A stretch of 64,000 nt of DNA from Octopus vulgaris (Eukaryota): the NCBI GenBank assembly GCA_951406725.2, contig OX597827.1, positions 22,940,001 through 23,004,000 on the forward strand, in the 5' to 3' direction. Under the pieces are notes generated by a model. That model searched no databases and had not been told where the DNA came from. It saw nothing but the letters and a program-made list of their open reading frames with translations. The stretch's first letter is position 1, and every line of letters starts with the position of its first letter. Positions 51,704 through 64,000 of this stretch are shown in pieces. The translations under genes were made by a program, and so were the position numbers.

Positions 51704-52984
51704 GGTATTTATTTCTTAAACACTGAGGTAGAATTGTCTTTTACAGATTGGAATTAGATCAAAATGTTTTCAACAAATCAATGTTATTGCTTGTGTGTGT
51801 GTGTATATGTGTGGATGCATGTGTGTGTGTGTGCATGGAGGTTTTCAGTGTGAATAGGTGTATACATGTGCTATATATGTGTTGAGTGTTGTTTATAAGA
51901 AATGAATCGTCTGTCTTTGTTTTAGAAACTTCCGTAGTTCCTTTGGAAGGTGGCTGCTTAGATTCTGTTTTAAGCAATCATTAGATCAACCATTTACTTA
52001 TTCTAACTTTTGCAAATGATTATTAATATTATTAGAAACCGATTACAAATATGTTTAAAAAAAAAAAAGAAATCCCTAAAGTAAACAAAGACAAAGAAAC
52101 TATATGCAGGAAATCCAGTAACAAGCAGGATAAGCAAACAGGGGACACACGCACAGCTTTAATTAAGCTGCTGTGTTTTAATTAATTAATTAGTTTAGCA
52201 GTCAGAGCAATGAGCTTTACTTTTGATTTTTCAGTGTGTTGTCTTGAAAAGATTTACTGATAGTTGTTCCCATTTATCAACGATTACAACAAAAAGATGA
52301 TGACACTAATAATGATGATGATGATGATGATAATTGTTTTGGTTCTTTGATCTGTAAGTTTGGGTTGTCTTCAGGTGAGGTATGACTGTAAATGTATCCA
52401 TCTAGAAAATAGATTGGGAAAAAAAAAAAGAAATTCGTTATCAGATTTTCTCAACAGTTGTTCTCGTTAAAAGCATGACAAGAATATCATGGAGTTTATT
52501 TGAAAGTATATCTTGCTAATTAGAATAATTAATTGTGTTAATCAGAACAAATCTTTAAAGAAAAGGGAGGAGAAAGAAGAGCAACTTTTAGTTTGTCTAA
52601 ATAACCGTGATTGATTGTTGTAAGAAAATCTGTACGTGTATGTATGTATGTATATATTCATTTATGTACGTGTATGTATGTATATATGCATTTATGTATG
52701 TGTGTGTCTGTATTCACTTATGTGCAGTGTAATCAAAACAGGAGATTGGAAAATTTCTTGGTACTATTTATCCACCATTTTCCAATCTCCTGTTTTGATA
52801 TTATAACTTTGCAGAAAATATTTCCTAGTATTTTCAACTCTTATGCATATTTCACACAAAAAGAATATCTACAAATAAATTTGGAAATACTGGAATTAGG
52901 ATATTTGCTTCAAAAGGACACAGTTTGGATTTTAACCCTTCTATAGAATGTTGTGTGAGTGTGTGTGTGCACGCATGCATGCGT

Positions 52985-53352
52985 GTGGAGGCGCAATGGC
53001 CCAGCGGTTAGGGCAGTGGACTTGTGGTTGTAGGATCGTGGTTTCGATTCCCTGACTGGACGTTGTGAGTGTTTATTGAGTGAAAACACCTAAAAGCTCC
53101 ATGAAACTCCAGCAGGGTGTAGTGACGAACCCTGCTGTACTCTTTCACCACAACTTTCTCTCACTCTTCCTTCCTGTTTCTGATGTACCTGTATTTCAAA
53201 GGTCCAGCCCTGTCACACTGAATCTCCCTAGAACTACGTTAAGGGTGCATGTGTCTGTAGAGTGCTCAGCCACTTGCACATTAATTTCACAAGTAGGCTG
53301 TTCCATTGATCGCATCAACTGGAACCCTCGTTGTCATAACCGACGGAGCGCC
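52985..53352 (+). mobile_element. tRNA-derived SINE (related copies at 37650-37960-, 56890-57215+, 26780-27080+, 50330-50620-)
   Basis: TGGCCCAGCGGTTAGG A box and GGTTTCGATTCC B box. Body shared with 37650-37960. Confidence 0.75.
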
Positions 53353-55773
53353 ATGATATATATATATATATATATATATACCAAAAACAAATAGGGGGAT
53401 AGTAAATAACATACAAGATAAACTCTTGACTTATTGAAAATTTTCCATTTCCAGAGAAGGCTGACTAATTGACTGTCAGCAATTGGAGCAGTCTCCAAAT
53501 GAGAAAGATTGATAATCTCAAGAATAAAGGATTATCCAAAACTGATAAACCATTAAGGAGAAGACGATCTGATTGTCTGCAGACAAGAGAATAGCTGTGG
53601 ACATGTGTTTCTGTCTTGATAGGTGTCATCAGCTTAGCAGTACGCCTAATTATTTTCAGCAGACTAGACATAGACACATAAAAAAATACTAAAAACAAAC
53701 ACATTTATGGCCAAGGTGCATAACTGAAATTAAAATGGGCAAACAGAAATAGGTGAGTGGCCATTGGCATTTCACTTTTTCCTGCCCACTCACCCAGTCC
53801 AAACTTCTGTATCACCTGACTTATTCTCACCATCCCCAATATCCCTCAATGGCATGTCTCCACACATCTTCACCACCATCTCTCTCACTATTGCTCTCTT
53901 TGTCTTGCTCTCCCAACTGGAGTATCCATGTATCTACCCTACAGCAAGTCACCTATCCTGTCTCAATACTTACTCCCCCACACCCAGCTGAGGAGTTCTG
54001 TCCTGCAACTTGCTTGGTGATCGTGCTGGTGCTGGTGCCATGCAAAAGGTGCACAACACACTTTGGGAAATGGTCGGGCATCCAGTTGTAGAAACCATAC
54101 TGAAATGTAGTTTCTGGCCATGCCACCTCCTGTCAAATCATTTGACCAAAACAAACATGGAAAAATGGATGTTAAATGATGATGATGAAGGGTCAACGTA
54201 AAATCCAGCTTTTTTCACAGAGATCCCATAGATTGAGGTTCTGAGCACACAGGTTTTATAGATTTCTGTTTTGTTTTGCAGCTGAGTATTTTGTTCTACT
54301 CAGTCTCTTTTTCCGGTTTTCCAAATGTTGTGGCTGTTGACCCTACTTCTGATTTCTTCATCTAAAGATACCAATGACATCACAGTAGAATGGCAAAAAA
54401 GGTGGGTGGGTGGTGACAAGAAAGACCCCAATAACCTCTGTGCAACCCAAACAAGCATGGAAAAATATGTTAAAACGATGAAGATAATGATGATGAAGGG
54501 AAAGGAACATGGAAGTGCTACGAAAGAAAGTTATTAAATGTTGAGAATCCGAGCGTGATTGTTGCCAGAGTGGTTAACTGGCTTCCGTGCCGGTGGCATG
54601 TAAGAGGCACCATTCGAGCGGGATCATTACCAACATCGCCTTACTGGCACCTGTGCTGTTGGCATGTGTAAAAAGATTTGAGCAAGATCGTTGCCAGTAC
54701 CACCTGACTGGCCGTGCCGGTGGCACGTAAAAAGCACCCACTACACTCTCAGAGTGGTTGGTGTTAGGAAGGGCATCCAGCTGTAGAAACTCTGCCAGAT
54801 CAAGACTGGAGCCTGGTGCAGCCATCTGGTTTGCCAGCCTTCAGTCAAACCGTCCAACCCATGCTAGCATGGAAAGCGGACGTTAAACGATGATGTATGA
54901 GAGAAAGGTCTTCTCAACATGTACCCATCAGTGAGAGGGATCAGCCATTCTATTATGCAACAACATAATAGATAAAGCAGTTAAGAATATGAAAGAAAAG
55001 CCAAAAAAAGCCTTTGGATCATCAGGAATTACTGCTGAGATGCTTAAAATATTAAGTGGTGGTGGACAGTCAACTGCATAGCCAATCAGTTTATGCAGGA
55101 AGATGTCCTAGCCAATGACCAGCACAGCAGTAGCATAGTCCACTGTTATAAGAGCAAAGGAGTGTCTCAGATAAAGATCATAACAGAGTATGGAAGTGAT
55201 GGACCTTTAGGAGAATTATTTAGTTAAAATTAAACCATTGTATAAAGCATTTCTCCGTGATCTGGTGGTTATTGAGGAAGCTAGGAATAGGTGAATGACT
55301 TGTCCAAGCCACGAAGAGAGGTCTATCAATGAGTAAGGTGAGAGCGAGCAGGGGTTATCTCAGGGTTCAGTTTGTAGTCCTTGTAGTCCATCAGGCCACA
55401 AGAGAAAAGTTTAAGAGTGGATCATCATCATCATTTAATGTCCCTTGTCCATGCTGGCATGGGTTGGACAGTTTGACCAGGGCTGGCAACCATAAGTTTA
55501 TGTATGCATCTGTATGTATGAGTATTCTTCACGTGTGTGCATGCATGTAAGTGTGTATGAGTGTGTATATATACTATTTGTGTACATGTGTGTAGAAAAG
55601 CATGGAAATATTTGACTGAACACAAAAATAATCCTCAATACAAAATTGTTTCACCTAAAATTTCGGTTCAAAACAAAACCAAATTTGTCATATTTTCTCT
55701 TGAACTTATCTCTTCTTTCTTCTCATCTGACCACCAATCCTATACATCACCAAAAACATTTCGTCCCATTGTA

Positions 55774-55804
<31 letters not shown>

Positions 55805-55872
55805 ACACACATTACAGGTCAAAAGTTCCTGAACCTAAAATTTTGGCTCTATGTTTTATATCTATAAATATA

Positions 55873-55919
<47 letters not shown>

Positions 55920-56175
55920 ATTTGCATCTGTGTTTGTCCCCCCCTCCACTTGACAATCTATGTTGATTTGCTTACATCCTGGTAACTTAACAGTTTGGCA
56001 AAAGAGAAAGTGACCAACAAAACAAGTATCCAGAGCTTTAAAACACTAAGCATTGGGCTCTACTTGTTTGATTAAAAGAGCTTTTGAGGCGGTGCCCCAG
56101 CATGGCCACAGTCTGATGACTGTGTAAGTATGTATCTATTTATCTATCTTTACACACACACACACACATAAATAC

Positions 56176-56257
<82 letters not shown>

Positions 56258-58927
56258 CTTAGAAAAATCCCCACCTTTTATCAATTCAATAATGAAAAAT
56301 TAAATTATACCATTTAGAAAAATTACATCTTATAGAAAGATTAAATATAAGATAAAACATACAACGATGATTAAGTAATGTGCAAAATAAATTATTATTA
56401 CTATATATATATATATATATATACATAGACATGTGTACCATGTCTATGTATATGTGTGTATGTATCTATGTGTATATAACTATTTGTTTTACATCTATTT
56501 TCCTATGCTGGTACAGGTTAGATGGGTATTTTTTAGACCCCTTTGTTGAAGTAGAACCCTGAATGTCAAGGCTAAGAAGCCTCTATTACCAAGGTTTTGC
56601 CAATTCCCCACCATGTGTCAGTCCTTCATTTATTGACCAACAAAGGGTAAAACATTAAGATGACCTTGGTTAGATTGGAACTCAGAACACAGAGAACTGG
56701 ATTGAATATAGCAAATCATTTTAGCTGACAGTCTAATAAGTTTATCAATTTTAAATTATACACAAACAAATACACAGATACATTTATACACACATCTACA
56801 CACATGACTATATACATACATGCACACATCTATACACAGGGATATAGACATAGACAAATACAAACATATGCACATATATACACATTGGGCGGTGAAGGTG
56901 CATGGCTCAGTGGTTAGAGTGTCGAGCTTATGACTGTGAGGTTGTGAGTTTGAATCCCAGACCGGGCTGCATGTTGTGTTTTTGACCAAGACACTTTATT
57001 TCATGTTGCTCCAGTTCACTCAGCTGTAGAAATGAGTTGCGACGTTACAGGTGCCCCTTTGCCTTTCCCTTGGATAACATCAGTGGCGTGGAGAGGGGGG
57101 CTGGTATGCATGGGTGACTGCTGGTCTTCCATAAACAACCTTACCCAGACCTGTGCCTCGGAGGGTAACTTTCTAGGTGCAATCCCATGGTCATTCATGA
57201 CCGAAGGAGGTCTCTGGGTGGTGGACATCATCTATGGCCTTATTTCACCTTTGAAATCATCATCATCATTGTTTAACGTCCGCTTTCCATGCTAGCATGG
57301 GTTGGACGATTTTGACTGAGGGCTGGCGAACCAGACGGCCGCACCAGGCTCCAATCTTGATCTGGTAGAGTTTCTACAGCTGGATGCCCTTCCTAACGCC
57401 AACCACTCCGAGAGTGTAGTGGGTGCTTTTTACGTGCCACCAGCACAGGGGCCAACACTATTGTACTGGTCTGATATTTAAAGGTGTTCAGTTGTTCAAC
57501 TGCTTGTCTTTAGGAAGAAATACAAAAGGAACCTCTACTGAAACTTTCAAAATACCATTGGATAAACTCCTAACGACAATATAGGAATAACCAACTGACC
57601 ATTCCAGCATATACTCAGGGAAGATCAGCAACTACAAACTTAACCATAGATCAACTTCCAACCATAAAGCAACAACAAAACAGAGAAAGTAAATTAAGGT
57701 GGTGCTCCAGCATGGCTACATTCCTATAATTGAAACTGTTAAAAAAATAAAAAAAGATTGGGTGACTGTGGGGAATGAGCTCTGTAGCAAAGATGTAGGT
57801 CAGGTGGCTGGTTTGAAAAGCACTTTCTCTCACCAGTCTTGGAGGCCTTGGGAAAAAAAAAAATCATTGCCCGGGGTGGGGGTGGGGTGGCTTCTTGTTC
57901 TGTCTGATTAATCTAGCAAATGTCAGAGCAACTTAGTGTTTAGTTAGCTCAGTTAATATTTAAAACACACACACAAAAAATAAAATAAAAATAAAATAGA
58001 TATAAATGTGCCAAAAAAAAAAAAAGGCATAATAAAAATAAATTGCATGGTAGTTAACTTAGAGAAGTGCAAGAGATCCTGGTGACAGCTGCCATTTGCT
58101 GACCTCTTCAGCTATCCACTCCTTTTACCCTAAACCATGATTGAGGTCACAAGTCAAGTTTTATTGTCACTTTTCTGCTTTTTCAAGTGACACACATTGA
58201 CTTTTATATAATCTGGTGCAGAAACGTTGCTGTCGGATCATCATCATCATCATCATCATCTAGAGACTACATTCTATGGTGGCAGGAGTTGAATGGTCCA
58301 ACAAATCAGAAGGTTAGTTTCTATGGCTGGGTGCCATTCCTAAGGCCGACTGATTTAAAAGTGAGCACTGGGTGCCTTTTTCTTTCTTTTTCTTTTTTGG
58401 TAGCACTGGTTTATGGCACATGTCGTGAGGCAAGAGCATCGTAGAGAGACAGGAGCAGGGGTCTCGCTGACAAAAAGACACATGGATACAAGGAGATGGT
58501 GGTGGTGGTGATGAGGTGTTTGGAAGACCCTCAAAGTACAAGAGAGGAACGGGGATGGGAACAGGTGAGAAGCAGGTAAGTTTGGGAGAGTGTAAGGTGA
58601 GCAACAGAGGGTTAGAGGGAGGGGGGCATGGTCAGTGGTGAATATCAGATTTGGTGGTGGTGGTGGGGGGAATGTGAAGGAAATAGGTGTAGGGTCAGGG
58701 AGGAGGACACGGTAAATGGGTAGAACAAAAAGTTGGGTGAAGAAGAGCATGTAATAAAAAGCATACAGGGGGGGGGGAGGTGAAATGATGTAAAGTGGAG
58801 GGATGGGCAGTGACAAGGGGGAAGAAATCAAGAGGGTGTAGCAGTGAATGTATATAGGGTGACAAACAAGGGTGTGGAGCATTACATAAAAGTATTTCCA
58901 TCATAAATATTTGAGTCTAAATAATAT

Positions 58928-59360
58928 AGTTCTATATATGGCATAGTGGTTAAGAGCGCGGGCTACTAACCCCAAGATTCCGAGTTCGATTCTAGGCAGT
59001 GACCTGAATAATAATAATTTGTTCATTTATTGGCCACAAGGGCTAACAAAAATCAATTAAAACATAAAGGGACAAAACATAGGACGAAAGTTACAAAGGG
59101 TTTTGTCTGTTTGAAAAAGTCCGTGTACAAAAGCAGGATAACAATGAAATGTAAGAAACAATTAAAACTCCCAATAGGGGGAGGCGCTTCGAAAGGTTAC
59201 TCGTGGAATAATAACAACATCGAAACATACCTTAGGAATGAGAACCCAGGTTCGAAATTTCCCCAAGACAGCTGATGAAGGTTGGAAGGTATATCAGCCG
59301 AAATGTTGTGTTAACAACAAACAAGATGAGGACAAATATCTGTAAAATGTAAATAATGTA
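58928..59360 (+). mobile_element. tRNA-headed SINE with hammerhead core and 13-bp TSD
   Basis: GGCATAGTGGTTAAGAGCG...GAGTTCGATTCT head. GTCTAAATAATAT duplicated at 58915-58927 and 59361-59373. Confidence 0.85.
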
Positions 59361-61265
59361 GTCTAAATAATATTTTGATAGCTTCTATCACTGACTTGTC
59401 TCAGCCATTAGGTTGAAACAGCTGTTGGACTTATTGTAAAACTCTTATATTCCTGATATCGTTTCTTTTCTGTGTAAGTCGGACCTTTTTGTATGTAAAC
59501 ATACATTTTTTGCATTAAATATATTTAATATTCTTTGTATATCAACTTGCCTAACTTGCTTCTCATTGCATTTACTTCACACATAGCATATATGTATATA
59601 CACACACACGACAGGCTTCTTTCTGTTTCCATCTACCAAATCCACTCACAAGGCTTTGGTTGACCCGAGGCTATAGTAGAAGACACTTGCCTAAGGTGCC
59701 ACACAGTGGAACAGAACCCAGAACCATGTGGATGGGAAGCAAGCTTCTTACCACACAGCCATGCCTACAGTTTTTATAATTGCATACCAATTATAAAAAT
59801 CGCGATTATTCAGAAAAAAAATGTTATGAAGCTTTAAAAATTGAAATGTTTTGTAATTTAAGCCTATCAAATGCAGCCATTCTTGACATTCCATTCAGCA
59901 AACAATGTTATTTGTTTATGTTCCCATAGAAACCAAGTGAAACCATTTTGGGGTTAGGGTTGGAGTTACAGTTAGGGTTTAGGTTACTGCTAAGGTTTAG
60001 GGTGAAGGGTTTGTAATATCTTATAAAATTTCCTTGTTTTCTTTCGTTAAACATTTCCATTTTGAAATATTTTGTAACATTTTTATTATTAATTTCTGAA
60101 ATTAAGGCAGTGAGTGGGCAGGATTGTTGCTCTGCCGGATGATGAAATGCTGAGCAGCATTCCTTCTGGCTTTGCACTCTGAGTTCAAAAACTGCTGAGG
60201 CTGACTTTGTCTTTCATCCTTTTGTTGTCATTTAACATCCGTTTTTCATGCTGGCATGGGTTGAATGGTTTGACTAAAGAACTGGCAAGCTGGGAGGCTC
60301 CAATCTGATCTGGCAACTTTTCTACAGCTGGATGCCCTTCCTAACGCCAACCACTCTGAGAGTGTAGTGGGTGCTTTTTACGTTCCACCATTACAGGAGC
60401 CAGTCAGGCAGCACTGGCATCAGCCATGCTCGAATGGAGCTTTTTATGTGCCTCCGGCATGGGTGCCAATCAGGCAGTACTGGCAAGTACCAGATAAACA
60501 CTGGGGGTCGAAGTAATCAACTACCCCCATCCCCAAAATTTCAGGTCCTTTCAGACGAAAGGGTTACTAATGCCTGAAAAATAACTAAGTTGTGATTGTT
60601 ATAGCAGATGTGTAAAACTGTATCTGTTAAATCTGTGTAGAAGTTCCCAATAAGCTGAGGCTCTGTGCATAAACTGGAAAAGATCTGACAGGAATGGTTA
60701 TTTTGGGAGGGTGGGGAAAGAAGTGATTTTTTAAATTTGCAAGGTTAGAAAAAATTATTTTTCAGAATCCTAATTTCGGCATTTTTCTCTATAGTTTGGA
60801 ACTTTCTAGTCTGTTGAACGGCAACAGAGAGATGCTCATCATATTGTTTGCTGTTTTGTTATTCCTCAGGCATCCAAACATCCCACAAATGGACAGAAGG
60901 GATCAAAACTGCCAAGGCATTGAGATTGGGTAGATGTGGGGATTTGAAAAGGTAAGAAGAGAACGGTTGAGAAAAGTTTTGAAAGATTGAAATTTTGAAA
61001 AAAACCTTTTTTTTTTTCCATAATTGCAGTCTCTATTTTTAGATGTGGTATTAATAAAAAAAACAAACAGTTTTAAACAAAATGTTTGGGAGTGGAGGAG
61101 AAATGAAATTTTAAAAAAAGCTGTTTTTTTGGAAGCAAAATTATAATCTCTGATGTTGAAAACATATAAACCCGAAAAATAAAATGAGGAACAATAGGAA
61201 GGGTGGGGTGGTGGTGCATATTCAACACATCCACCAGTATTTTAGTATCATCATCATCCCCCCAC

Positions 61266-61346
61266 CCCATCTAAGTACTCACGAGGCTCAATGTTGCTTA
61301 ACTTCGGTGATCGGACGAGAACCGGTGCTTTCAAAATGATATCGCC
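61266..61346 (-). pseudogene. 5S rRNA-derived fragment (truncated pseudogene or SINE3-type head)
   Basis: The - strand reads TTGAAAGCACCGGTTCTCGTCCGATCACCGAAGTTAAGCAACATTGAGCC..AGTACTTAGATGGG, the 5' ~3/4 of metazoan 5S rRNA. The 3' quarter is missing. Confidence 0.88.
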
Positions 61347-61559
61347 AAGTTATTTTGTATATATATATAAGTATTTTTTTATCATGTATAAGTATTTTAA
61401 CATACATAAGTATTTTAGTATGCGTAAACATTTGTTATCAAGCATAAGCAATTTATCATTTATAAGTGTTTAAGAATGTCTAAGCACTTTATTATGATCC
61501 AATATAAATATTTTATCAGGTCTTTCGACCTCAACTATTAATGTTGTAACAGAAGTGTC

Positions 61560-62500
61560 GTCGTGACATACCGTATACCAGTTTCCTCCATCTGTTGCAG
61601 TTGTGTACCAGAGATCGAATCTCTACTAAGAATTTTCCTGCTTATTCTTTGATGTTTGTCCATATTATGCCTGCTTCTCTTTACCCCTTCTACGGTTCCA
61701 AGAAGAATGGTCTCTGCAAAGTCACTGAATCTTGCAGTTATGGCCCTACTGTCTCAGCTTTAAGAAGAAGTCCTTCATGGCAACCATTGGGATGGTGTGT
61801 GGTTTTCACAAACCTATTTATTCATGACGTGGTCCCAATATGAAATACTTAAAATGTTGCAGAAACAAACCCATCCACAATGCCTTTTACTTTCTCTGAA
61901 TCTCTCTTCTGAGGTCCCTGGCTCTCAAACAGACAGCAAGATGAAAAGTACCGGCAGTACACACAGCAGCCTGATTCTAGTGATGCTCTTATCTCTCCAT
62001 ATTGATTAGAGTTTAGGGGGTGCAATCATTGTCTGTGTAGTCCTTGTGAGGATTTCAGGCCTTCATCCTTTACCATTGATAACTGCTGCAACATCTCCAG
62101 TTACCGTCTTTGTACACAGAGATGGCTGCTGAGGTGCTACTACTGATATTTGAGCTGGGTTGAGCTGGCTTCATTCATCCTCAATGTTGCATCTCTCACA
62201 AACATCGACCAGGCCTGGCGATTTGAGGCTAATGACCGCGTGATCTCCAACCACTCCTTATTCCAGCGGTGAACGCCGTAGATATGGGGGCCTAGGTTGG
62301 GTTCCAGATCAGCCAGATTTTTCGTTGACCTACTGATATTTGGAATAAGTCTGGGTTTTTTCAGGTCATACTTGGTGAAATCTCATTTTGTTTTGGATAG
62401 AATGGCTTTAAAAAAGATGCAGGCAATCTTCATTTGGTGCAGGAATGTTGATTCACCAAGATTGGTGAATATAAGCAAGCTAAACTTGGGATTCATAAAA
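61560..62500 (-). mobile_element. Decayed RTE-like LINE 3' fragments
   Basis: TILLGTVEGVKRSR and ADLEPNLGPHIYGVHRWNKEWLEITRSLASNRQAW. Confidence 0.6.
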
Positions 62501-64000
62501 ATAATAAATAAACATGGAACCTAAAATAAATTTCCATGCTCACAATATTTCATTCATTTCATTCTCCCCCAACTGCCACTCCCTTAAATTACACTAAATC
62601 AGTGGTTTTGAACCAGGGTCCATATATGACCCTTGAAGGTCCTTATAAGATTTTGTTGTTAAAATTTATCTGCAAGAGACTGCTTTTACTTCAAAAATAC
62701 ACAAAATATTTTAACAATTTTTTTTATACAATTCTTAAAAATATTTAACCCTTTCATTACTGTATTTGTTTTGAGATGCTCTGTGTTTCTTTTAATTAAT
62801 TTTAAATATAACAAAGAATTTAGTAAAATAACTTAGTTATCATTCAGCTAGGGTTAGGAACATAAATTGTGAATAAGGTTTGGTGGAAGATTTTAATTCA
62901 AAACTTATGAAAATAAGACATTTGTACTACAGAGACAGAGGTGGTTTCAGCTAGGTTGGTAATGAAAGGGTTAATTCTAAAAACAAGATTTTTTAAAACA
63001 CTGAATATATATTAGGGTCCACTGAGTAAAATAGAAATCGAAGGGGTCCATGGGCAAAAAGGGGTCGAGAACACTTGCTCTCAACAAACTATTTTTCAAA
63101 TCAATAACCTTTTCCCATTGTCCCTTGCAGTGACTGATGTGAAGCAATTTTCTTGATATTTCTTTCAGGAGTTAAGACAGCCAGCTGCAGAATTGTTAGG
63201 TGCAGGCATGGATGTGGTAAAAATCTTGCTACCTTCCCAACCTTATGGTTCTGGGTTCAGTCCCACTGTGTGGCACCTTGGGCAAGTGTCTTCTACTAAA
63301 GCCTCGGGCCAACTAAAGCCTTGCAAGTGGATTTGGTGGGCGGAAACTGAAAGAACCCTGTCATGTATGTATGTATATATGTACGTACGTGTTTTTTTAA
63401 TCTGTTTTTCCCCCTACCATCGCTTGACAACCGATGTTGTTATGTTTATGCCCCTGTAAATTAGCAGTTTGGCAAAAGAGACCGATAGAATAAGTACTAG
63501 GCTTACAAAGAATAAGGCGGTGCTCCAGCATGGCCGCAGTCAAATGACTGAAACCAATAAAAGTGTAAAAGAACACCGGGCAAAATGCTTAGCAGCACTT
63601 CATCCGTTTTTGTGTTCTGAGTTCAAATTCTGCTGAGGTCAACTTTGATTTTCATCTTGTTGGGGTTGAAAAAGCAAGTACCAGTTGTGTACTAGGGTCA
63701 ATGTAATTGACCTAACCTCTTCTCCGAAATGGCTGGCCTTGTGCCAAAATTTGAAACCAATATTTGTGTCAGGAGCTAAAAAAAAAGAATGTCAGGTGAT
63801 TTAACAATCTTTCTATATGAAAAACTGTGTCTCCATGCAAAATAGGAATACAAGCTGAAACGTACATTCACTTCTTTATCATTATCATTTAACATACGTT
63901 TTTTATGCTGGCATGGGTCAGATGGTTTGACAGCAGCTGGTAAGGCCTGGAGGGTGGGGGTTGCAACAGGGTTCACTCTGTTCTGGCATACTTTCTATGG

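Noticed and set aside
59950-60010. Telomere or telomere fusion
   Set aside because: Only a few degenerate TTAGGG units, more likely internal to an old repeat.
61266-61346. Functional 5S rRNA gene
   Set aside because: Lacks the 3' ~30 nt and T-run terminator, and is not in a tandem array.

Overview
Eukaryotic, AT-rich, microsatellite- and transposon-dense animal DNA. The repeat repertoire looks like a coleoid cephalopod, most likely Octopus; this is an inference. Two convergent spliced genes can be built exon by exon. (1) On +, the last 8 exons (523-14406) of a REM + RasGEF gene that closely resembles KNDC1/very-KIND. (2) On -, a complete 7-exon type II pantothenate kinase CDS (51703-37486, 376 aa). 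The rest is a near-full-length frameshifted RTE LINE with many copies of its (GAT)n-ended tail, tRNA-derived SINEs, R4/Dong-like and Penelope-like fragments, Tc1/mariner, hAT and piggyBac-type MITEs, and a 5S rRNA-derived fragment. The most notable observations are: a tRNA-headed SINE carrying a minimal type I hammerhead ribozyme with Penelope-like ends; about 8 hammerhead-like cores, with every intragenic intact core antisense to its host gene; a ~550 nt AG-free zone with a distant branch point before the last KNDC1-like exon; a candidate poison exon in PANK intron 3; long fold-back hairpins; and three independent DNA-transposon insertions at one site of an old repeat. Most ORFs in the supplied track are microsatellite artefacts. 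Repeat boundaries are approximate.
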